This document shows positions 44,171-64,000 of a stretch of 64,000 nucleotides of DNA, in pieces. The stretch comes from the human T2T-CHM13v2.0 reference genome, Homo sapiens: NCBI RefSeq assembly GCF_009914755.1, contig NC_060941.1. One strand, given 5' to 3'. Positions within the stretch are counted from its first letter, which is position 1; each line of letters begins with the position of its first letter. The position numbers were made by a program, and so were the translations under genes. The notes beneath the pieces are model-generated. The model saw only the letters and a list, made by a program, of their open reading frames with translations. It was not told the origin of the DNA and did no database searches.

Positions 44171-44489
44171 GATAAATAAATAAAAAATTAAAAATAAAAC
44201 AAAGGACATTGGAATTGAGCTTGGGTAATTGTGAGTTGATCAAATTAAATGGCAATTCACAGAAATGTTAATATTAAAAGAAGCCTAGTATAGAGGAAAC
44301 AAAGGTAGGCTGGGATCTGGAGATCTGGGCTTTATTTGCCGTTCTACTTCAGCAACAAAAATTCGCCGCTTTGGGGAAGACATGACCTTTCTCTGGGGTT
44401 GAACCAGAAGACTTCCCAGGACTCTTCCTGCTCCAAAAGATAGGGCTTTTTAGGATAACAGCGAGGGACTGGGTCATGACGAGGACTCC

Positions 44490-44615
44490 TCCTGCCGGTC
44501 TCTCTCTTTCCAGAAAGGCTTCCGGAACCTTTCTGCATTGCCTTCTGCCCGGACGTGCGGAAGCGAAGGCCGGAAGTCCTTAGCCGGTAGCTTCCGGGTT
44601 TCCTGGGCTACTACG
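44490..44615 (+). promoter_or_regulatory. VPS25 promoter with clustered ETS/GABP-type CGGAAG motifs
   Basis: ccggaagt at 44570-44577, gcggaagc ~44557, cttccgg ~44518 and ~44591, directly upstream of the ATG; no TATA box seen. Confidence 0.75.
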
Positions 44616-44668
44616 ATGGCGATGAGTTTCGAGTGGCCGTGGCAGTATCGCTTCCCACCCTTCTTTAC
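44616..44668 (+). CDS. VPS25: VPS25 exon 1 coding part
   Basis: ATG at 44616; TTTAC|gtgagg. Confidence 0.95.
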
Positions 44669-47600
44669 GTGAGGCTCAGACCCCAAGAAGCACCGCTGTG
44701 CCTCCCTCCCCTCCCCCGGACCCTGGGCTCAGCCCTGATGCTTCATATGGGGAGGGGGAGAAAAGACCCGTCGGCCAACACCCTCAGTCCCTTACTTTCT
44801 TCCTGAAATGCGTCCCGGGCAAGTGCTGCCTCCCGCCCTCTAATTCTGCGCCCCACTCCCTTCACCCGGCAGGTTACAACCGAATGTGGACACTCGGCAG
44901 AAGCAGCTGGCCGCCTGGTGCTCGCTGGTCCTGTCCTTCTGCCGCCTGCACAAACAGTCCAGCATGACGGTGATGGAAGCTCAGGAGAGCCCGCTCTTCA
45001 ACAACGTCAAGCTACAGCGTATCCTCCCTCAGGCTCTTCCACAGCCCATACACATGCACTTCTGCGCTTTCACACATGCCCAGACGCCCCCCCGCGCCAG
45101 CCCCCTTTTACCCATGGTAGGCAGATTCCCACCCAAACTGGACTTAAAGAGTGAAAATGTGTAGCTGACATTTTCCCCTGGCAAATGCAGTACCATACCC
45201 TCTTGTTCTTGGCAGTGATGACTGCTCGGATGTCATTAAGGTCTTAGAATTTCTGCCCTGAAGCCAAGTTCCAAGTTTTTTAACCTAAACCCTTTTGACT
45301 ATTTGTATCTTCCATCCTTTTCTGTGTGAGGCCCAGACTTGGGTAACTACCTTTAATTATTTTCTCTGCCCCCCTCCTGCCAGGAAGTAAGGGTCATTTG
45401 TTTTTGCTGCCTGATTCATCCCTAAAATATCTGTGGAGAAAGGCTGAAGGAAGGCAACAGACAGAGGGTGAGGAATGACAGTACCTTTCATTTTCTAAAG
45501 CTTCTTTCTTTCTTTTTTTTTTTTTTTTTTGGAGACAGGGTCTTCCTCTCTTGCTCAGGCTGGAATGCAGTGGCACAATCACATAAAGCTCCTTTTAATT
45601 GGAAGAGTTTCTCTTTACCTTCCTCCTTTGAATATCCAGGAAATGCCAATTCATATCATGTTGGGAAATTGCACACATATGTGTGTGGGAGAGGAAGGGG
45701 CAGGTGTTTCTCAACATGGGACTGGCTCTGAAAATTTTTATCCTACCCAACTCATGTGTATGCCGTTCCCTTAACCTTAAACCAGGAAAGCTTCCTGTGG
45801 AGTCGATCCAGATTGTATTAGAGGAACTGAGGAAGAAAGGTGGGTTCAGTTCCCCAGATTCCTTATTTTTCTTCCTAGTTGGGTTTTCCTGAGGGCAAAT
45901 TAGGATAAGTCTTTTTCCCTTTAATAACTTTTTCTCTCTCCTGGCTTGAAGGCCAGAGTCTTCTGTAAAGTAGGCAGCCCAATTCCCAAGTCCTTTCTTC
46001 TTTGTACACAAAATTGAAATCTCTGTCTGTGCCCTAAACCTGAAGAGAAGTGGAAGAAGGATGAGTGCCTTGTAGATAATAATAGTAAAATAAATATTGA
46101 ATCTTTCTTTCTGAAAGCTGAGTCTCTTCCACTCTGTCCCACCTTGGTATTTTTTTGCCTCTTTGTTTCTTTTTAGTTCATGATACTTTTTTTTTGGGTG
46201 GGGAGATAAGGTCTCACTCTGTCATCCAGGCTGGAGTGCAGTGGCTCAGTCCTATCTCACTGCAGCCTCGACTCCCAGGCTCAAGTGATCCTCCCATCTC
46301 AGCCTCCTGAGTAGTTGAGACCTCAGGCATGTGTCACCACACACCTGGCTAATTTTTTGTATTTTCTATAGAGAGAATTTTTTTGTATTTTCTGTAGGGT
46401 CTCATCATGTTGCCCAGGCTAGTTTCGAACTCCTGGGCTCAAGCAGTCCTCCCGCCTTGGCCTCCCAAAGTGTAAGCCACTGCGCGCCTGGTTATGCTTT
46501 CATAAGTATCTGTTTTACAGGGAACCTCGAGTGGTTGGATAAGAGCAAGTCCAGCTTCCTGATCATGTGGCGGAGGCCAGAAGAATGGGGGAAACTCATC
46601 TATCAGTGGGTGAGATCATTATTCTGCCAAGTATTCAACAGTGACCCATGGAAAAGGTTAACTATATTAGGGCCTAGCAGATAGCCGGTGTTCCCAGATC
46701 CAGACTGAGCAAAATGGGGAGGGGGCAGAAAGAGGAAGTGTAGGCCTTCTAGGGAAACCTCTTTAAGTGACTCAATGTCTTTGGCTGCATAGAACCTCCC
46801 TTTCTTTGCCTGTAGGAGGCCGGGGGCTATGTGAGGCCATATTTGGAGAATGCAGAACTGGGAACCCTGAGTGCTATTGTTGGCTGGAGCCTCTGGCCAC
46901 AGGAGATAAATGGGGAAAGGAAGGGAAAAAACCTGGGGCCCCTCCCCCACTGCACTGTTATGGGACTGTCCACAACATGAATGAGATATTCTGAATCAGT
47001 GTGGGTGTGGGGACAGAATACTCTTCCCCCTAAACCACCAGTCCCAAACATTCCCAAGGAAGAGAAGAGGGTAAGAAGCATCAACATTCTAAATATAACA
47101 AATACACACCATCCATTCTTGAACAGGAAAACAACCAGAATGAGAGGTCAAGGTCACTCCTCAGACACGTGAAGACCTGTGGTTTAGTGGTTCCAAATGA
47201 GTGTGTACACATATAAATATAGCACTTGTAGGGTTTATGGCTTTTAGGCCACTCTGCAGAGGCGACAGTGAGTCCTGGTTTGGGAATAGGTATCATTCCT
47301 GGATCAGAGGGGTGGAGCTGATGAATTTACTGTCTCCCAGGAGATTCTTGGTTCTAATTCACTCCTCATTTTCTGTATTCACAGGTTTCCAGGAGTGGCC
47401 AGAACAACTCCGTCTTTACCCTGTATGAACTGACTAATGGGGAAGACACAGAGGATGAGGGTAATGCCTTTCCCTTCCCACTCATAGTTAATTTTTTGTT
47501 TTGTTTTGTTTTGTTTTTCCGATATGGAGTCTTGCTCTGTCACCCAGGCTGGAGTGCAATGTTGCAATCTCGGCTCACTGCAACCTCCGCCTCCTAGGTT

Positions 47601-50209
47601 GAAGCGATTCTCCTGCCTCAGCTTCCTGAGTAGCTGGGATTACAGGTGTGCGCCACCACGCCTGGCTAATTTTTTGTATTTTTAGTAGAGATGGGGTTTC
47701 ACCATGTTAGCCAGGTTGTTCTTAAACTCCTAACCTCGTGATCCGCCTGCCTTGGCCTCCCAAAGTGCTGGGATTAGAGGCGTGAGCCACTGTGCCCCGC
47801 CTGTTTTTTTTTTTTTTTTTTTGAGACAGAGTCACTGTATCCCAGGCTGGAGTGCAGTGGCGCAGTCTCTGCTCACTGCAACCTCCGCCTCCTATGTTCA
47901 AGCGATTCTAAGTTCTTAACCCATGTCCAAGGATTCCATAAGCCACCTGAATTCACATGCAAAAAATCCCAAATTTTGTTTTTGTGGATGCATGTGCATT
48001 TTTCTAGGGATAGATTAGATATTACAAGATTTCCAAGGGCATCTATGACCCATGAAAAGTTAAGAATTTCACTTTCAGCTGGGCACAGTGGCTCGTGCCT
48101 GTAATCCTAGCACTTTGGGAGGCTAAGGTGGGAGGATTGCTTGAGGTCAGGAGTTTGAGACCAGCCTGGGCAACACAGGGAGATCCTGTCTCTACAAAAA
48201 ATTTAAAAATCAGCTGGGCATGGTGCTGTGCACCAGTAGTCTCAGTTACTCAGAAGGCTTAGGTGGGAGGATCACTTGAGCCCAGGAGGTCAAGGCTGCA
48301 GTGAGCTATGATCACGCCACTGCACTCCAGCCTGGGCAACAGAGCGAGATGCTATCTTAAAAAATAACAATAGGCCGGGTGCAGTGGCTCACGCCTGTAA
48401 TCCCAGCACTTTGGGAGGCCGAGGCAGGTGGGTCACCTGAGGTCAGGAGTTCCAGACCAGCCTGGCCAACATAGTGAAACCCCGTCTCTACTAAAAATAC
48501 AAAAATTAGCCGGGCATGGTGGTGCATGCTTGTAATCTGAGCTACTTGGGAGGCTGCAGCAGGAGGATCGCTTGAACCCGAAGGCAGAGGTTGCAGTAAG
48601 CCAAGATCGCACCACTGCACTCTAGTCTGGATGACAGAGCGAGACTCCGTCTCAGAAAATAAAAATAATAACAATAAAAAAAATTATAAATAACTTTCTT
48701 CATTCAGCATCTGCTATAGATGCCGAATGAGAAACAAGGGCAGGGGATTAAGCTTGAAATCTCATTCCTTGCTGACTCAGGCTCTCTTTCACCCTTTATT
48801 CTTATAGAGGGCTCAAGATCTGTGGGTGTCAGCTGAAGAGATTAGGCCAACACCCCCAGCCCATTTATATACTTTGGTTTCTGGCCAGGCAAGGATTTGT
48901 ATAGTGTTTGATTTTTACATAGCGTAAACACTCTTAGTTCTTTTTCTCCGACTCCAGATTCTGATCCTCTGGATCACCACAAGTTTCGATCTTAGCTGGG
49001 ATAACAGAGGGTGTCTCCCCTTTCTGCCAGGCCCTGGCTGCCCTAGCAGAGTTTATAGCTCTTGGCTGTTCCCCCTGCTGCCCTGCAGGTCTCTGCTTGC
49101 TACTCCCACCATCACCCCATGATTTCAGCACTGTAGCCTTGCCTAGCCCACCACTCAGGTTGGGCAAAGTTGTAGGTTTCCTCAGAAAGCAAGCTCCCTG
49201 ACTTAGCTGAGCCCCCACAGGGGGTGAGGTAAGCAAGCCTGTCAGGGCTTGCCTGCTGCCTCCCACATCTCCCTGCAGTATCTTACCATATCTCCACATA
49301 CTCAGCTAGCCATAGGCTCCCCAATTTTTTTGGTTTTTTTTTTGAGACAAAGTCTTGCTCTGTCCCCCAAGCTGGAGTGCAGTTGCACGATCTTGACACT
49401 GCAACCTCCACCTCCCGGGTTCAAGTGATTCTTCTGCCTCAGCCTCCTGAGTAGCTGGGATTACAAGTGACCACCACCATGCCCAGCTAATTTTTTGTAA
49501 TTTTAGTAGAGACAGGGTTTCTCCATGTTGGCCAGGGTGGTCTAGAACTCCTGATCTCAAGTGACCCTCCCACCTCAGCCTTCCAAAGTTCTGGGATTAC
49601 AGGCGTGAGCCACCGCGCCTGGCCTGTGCTCCCAGCTAAAAGCTAGAAAAAGGGCAGATAATAGTGCTGGAGTTTAACAGTCTCCTGGCCAGGGGTACTG
49701 GCTATATTCTTTGTGTTAGGATAGATCCTCTAGGGTCAGTGTCTAGTGACAATGGCTCCGATCTCCCTAGGCCTGATTTTCACGGCCCCTTTGTGGCCCT
49801 GAAGCAGATGGTGTCATTCTCGTGCATCAGACACAAATGCTAGGTGTGGGGGAGGCTGAGTCTGAGAGGAGAACCAAGAAGGGGGAAATAAGCACAAACT
49901 CATTTCATGCTGATTCAGGCTTTCTTCCACCCCTTACTCCTAAGGAGTGCCTGGGAAGTGTGGATGGCAGCTGTAGCAGTATAGATGGCTTATGCATACC
50001 CTGCCTCTGGGAGGTCTCGGCTTCCAGCCAGAGCACTCTCCTCAGAGGCCTTGGGCCTCAGGAGCTGATTGTCTCTGCCTATCTCTCCCTGTTCAGAGTT
50101 CCACGGGCTGGATGAAGCCACTCTACTGCGGGCTCTGCAGGCCCTACAGCAGGAGCACAAGGCCGAGATCATCACTGTCAGCGATGGCCGAGGCGTCAAG
50201 TTCTTCTAG
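44616..50209 (+). CDS. VPS25: ESCRT-II subunit VPS25 (EAP20), 176 aa; join(44616-44668,44873-45018,45786-45839,46521-46609,47385-47460,50097-50209)
   Basis: Spliced [36 protein letters not shown]...[18 protein letters not shown]; 53+146+54+89+76+113=531 nt with [16 protein letters not shown]. Confidence 0.98.
44873..45018 (+). CDS. VPS25: VPS25 exon 2
   Basis: ggcag|GTTACAA...CAGC|gtatcct. Confidence 0.95.
45019..45785 (+). other. VPS25: U12-type (minor spliceosome) GT-AG intron, VPS25 intron 2
   Basis: 5' splice site GTATCCTC; branch TTCCCTTAAC at 45766-45775, about 11 nt from the AG; no polypyrimidine tract. Confidence 0.9.
45786..45839 (+). CDS. VPS25: VPS25 exon 3
   Basis: accag|GAAAGC...AAAG|gtgggt; [17 protein letters not shown]. 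Confidence 0.95.
46521..46609 (+). CDS. VPS25: VPS25 exon 4
   Basis: ttttacag|GGAAC...TGG|gtgaga; [29 protein letters not shown]. Confidence 0.95.
47385..47460 (+). CDS. VPS25: VPS25 exon 5
   Basis: ttcacag|GTTTCC...GAGG|gtaatg; [25 protein letters not shown]. Confidence 0.95.
47495..49625. mobile_element. Alus in VPS25 intron 5 (antisense 47.5-47.9 kb, sense 48.08-48.67 kb, antisense 49.33-49.62 kb)
   Basis: Alu consensus blocks. Confidence 0.88.
50097..50209 (+). CDS. VPS25: VPS25 exon 6 coding part
   Basis: gttcag|AGTTCCAC; TAG at 50207-50209. Confidence 0.95.
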
Positions 50210-50720
50210 CAGGGACCTGTCTCCCTTTACTTCTTACCTCCCACCTTTCCAGGGCTTTCAAAAGGAGACAGACCCAGTGTCCCCCAAAGACTGGATCTGT
50301 GACTCCACCAGACTCAAAAGGACTCCAGTCCTGAAGGCTGGGACCTGGGGATGGGTTTCTCACACCCCATATGTCTGTCCCTTGGATAGGGTGAGGCTGA
50401 AGCACCAGGGAGAAAATATGTGCTTCTTCTCGCCCTACCTCCTTTCCCATCCTAGACTGTCCTTGAGCCAGGGTCTGTAAACCTGACACTTTATATGTGT
50501 TCACACATGTAAGTACATACACACATGCGCCTGCAGCACATGCTTCTGTCTCCTCCTCCTCCCACCCCTTTAGCTGCTGTTGCCTCCCTTCTCAGGCTGG
50601 TGCTGGATCCTTCCTAGGGGATGGGGGAAGCCCTGGCTGCAGGCAGCCTTCCAGGCAATATGAAGATAGGAGGCCCACGGGCCTGGCAGTGAGAGGTGTG
50701 GCCCCACACCGATTTATGAT

Positions 50721-50726
50721 ATTAAA
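50721..50726 (+). terminator. VPS25 polyadenylation signal (ATTAAA variant)
   Basis: First AATAAA/ATTAAA hexamer I see after the stop, about 510 nt downstream. Confidence 0.7.
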
Positions 50727-51449
50727 ATCTCAACTCCCACTGCCTGCCTCTTAAATTACTACAGTACTGGAATGGGGATGGGGAGGGCTGTGAAGTGTTG
50801 CCACCTGAGTAAATCCCAGCCTGGGAGAGGGGAGAGAAAAGAAAGCTTATGGCTTTTGTAGAAGAAAAGGTCCTCCAGGGCCCTGTGGGCTCCAGTGAGC
50901 CTGTGGTTTTACATCTGCTGGGTGGGCTGTGTGGAGGAGTGCTGATGGAACACAGCTTGGGGACAGACTGCTTTCTCTCTGAATTGGAGTCACTTAAGGG
51001 CTCCCCCTTCCCTCACCATCTCCCTCATGGAAGTCCTGAACTACTCTGAAGCCCCTCCCTCCACCCATCTGGTCTGGGTGGGGTAACTGTGGCCAAGGGG
51101 AGCTGAGGGGGGTAAGCCGGATGTGGACTTTGGTTTATTGGAGACTGGCAAACAGAAGGGGAGGAAGGAGAGCCCATATAGCAAAAACAGCCACTCTGGC
51201 CAGGGTTAGGCTGCGGCCAAGGTGGCCTGGAGGGGATGGATGACCGGGCTCTCGGTTTGGGGGAGGGACTTATCCTGGGGAGTACACACCCATTCCCTAT
51301 GCAGACCAGAGGGACAACAACGTCAGACCTTTCCACTGACCTCTCCGTTCGGCCTGGGGCTACTCCGGACAGTTAGGAGGGGGTGGTGCTGCCTTATCTG
51401 GGGTGTGCAGGAGGGTGGTAGCCTCCCCCTAAGTAATCCCCCACTAGGG

Positions 51450-59994
<8,545 letters not shown>

Positions 59995-60501
59995 TGATGT
60001 CCGCTGGGGCTGAAACCCACTGATCCGACAGCAAGCATTTTTAAATCTCTGGTTGACACTTAGCACAGTAACGCTGAAGATGTCTCAGCCCTTGTTTTGG
60101 GGGAGATTTCTGTTTATCCAGTGAGGTTTGGCTTCTCAGCTGGAGCAATTTGAGACTCACATTGACCGGGTACACACAAGTGCTACGTATAAGTGCCTGG
60201 TAGATGTGCAATACTGTGGCTGTAGGTGAAGGATGGACTGGGCAGCAGGGGCAATGAGCTTACCCAGGATCTTGGCAAATGGGCGAGAAAGGCTGTGAAG
60301 GGTGGAAAGGCCATGAAGGGTGTCCCTGTGCAGGGACAGCATAAGCAAAGGCATTCCAAGTAGAGAGTGTCTTGGAATATGGGGCTGGGAGGGCTTCATG
60401 AGGAAACCACTATCACTGGAAGTAAAGATTCCTATAGGAGAGTTGTGGGGAGTGAAGCCGGGTAGGTAGAGTGGGCCCAGATTGTAGAATAGACAATGTT
60501 A

Positions 60502-63110
<2,609 letters not shown>

Positions 63111-63529
63111 TGTACCATGCCTTTCATGCTTCAAAGCTACTACACTGTTCTCTCTGCCTAGACTGCTCTTCTCTTCCTGATGAACAGCCTGGAATAGAGG
63201 AAGGGGTCGCTTTCATGTAATACCTAAGTTCAAACTTCAGCTCTGTTATTTACTAATCCAATGAACTTAGGCAAGTTTCTTAACTCTGTAAACTTCAGTT
63301 GCATGTAAGTAAAATGCAGATGATAGTATTTGTTTTGCAAAGATGTTCTGATACGACACAGTGTAATGTAGAAGTGTCCACACATGGTAGGTCCTCAATA
63401 GAGATTGCTTTTCTCATCTGTCAATGTTCAGCTCCAAAGACTTACTCTGTGAAACTGCTCCAGCTTCCCCCTATCCCCAGGGTGGTATTCTGTCTTTGGA
63501 ATAGCATTTTAAAAAATTGTGATTAAAAA

Positions 63530-63740
63530 ACCATAAATATAAAATTTACCACCGTAACCATTTTTAAGTGTACAGTTCAGCAATATTAAGTATATTCACA
63601 TTGCTGTGAAACAGATCTCCAGGGGTTTTCTTACCTTGCAAATCTGAAACTCTGTACCCATTAAACAACTCTGCCTCTCCACACCCCCATCCCCCCAACC
63701 CTGGAACAACATTTCTATCTATATCTCACTTGTAAGTGCC
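63530..63740 (-). mobile_element. L1M (L1MB-like) 3' end fragment
   Basis: ataaaatttaccac...ttttaagtgtacagttcag...tatattcacattg...ctctgtacccattaaacaac. Confidence 0.72.
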
Positions 63741-64000
63741 TTACGTATTACGGGCTGCCTTGCAGTAAGTTTAATTACGTATTTATGTGTCTCCTCCACT
63801 AAGTTTTGGGCTTCGTTAAGCCTAGGACCTTGTTTCATGCTTCCTTGTATTCCCACAGTACCCAGCACAATGCCAGCACATAGTAGGTGCTCAATAAGTA
63901 TTCATGGATTTGAATGTGACATTTGCCATTTATTGCCTTATTCTGACTTAACCGTGTGGGATGGGTGTATGTGGGCCTGTGTGTTATACTTTATAAACAC

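Overview
Human (primate) genomic DNA, very Alu-rich. I recognise it from the encoded proteins as the EZH1-RAMP2-VPS25-WNK4 cluster (17q21, from recall). Minus strand: the 5' end of EZH1 (CpG-island exon 1 near 16.15-16.2 kb, a 91-nt exon 2 at 1966-2056, first coding exon with ATG at 78), a processed HMGN2 pseudogene with a premature stop (23.86-25.05 kb), and probably the lncRNA RAMP2-AS1. Plus strand: complete RAMP2 (4 exons, 175 aa), complete VPS25 (6 exons, 176 aa, with a U12-type intron 2), and WNK4 exons 1-11 (codons 1-719). I reconstructed all splice junctions by hand and checked their phases. Most ORFs in the supplied track are Alu- or CpG-island artefacts. I found no wholly new gene system. 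The best leads are regulatory or structural: (1) an EZH1 cassette exon that switches one AUG between a uORF and an in-frame N-terminal extension; (2) a U12 intron in VPS25 with nested U2-type splice sites that would give a poison exon; (3) a cryptic acceptor in the RAMP2 3'UTR that would encode a TM-less RAMP2; (4) weak WNK4 start codons followed by an AUG-free stretch and a strong Met160 just before the kinase domain; (5) a two-piece inverted templated duplication that preserves an empty Alu site; (6) a near-consensus young AluY beside EZH1 exon 2.
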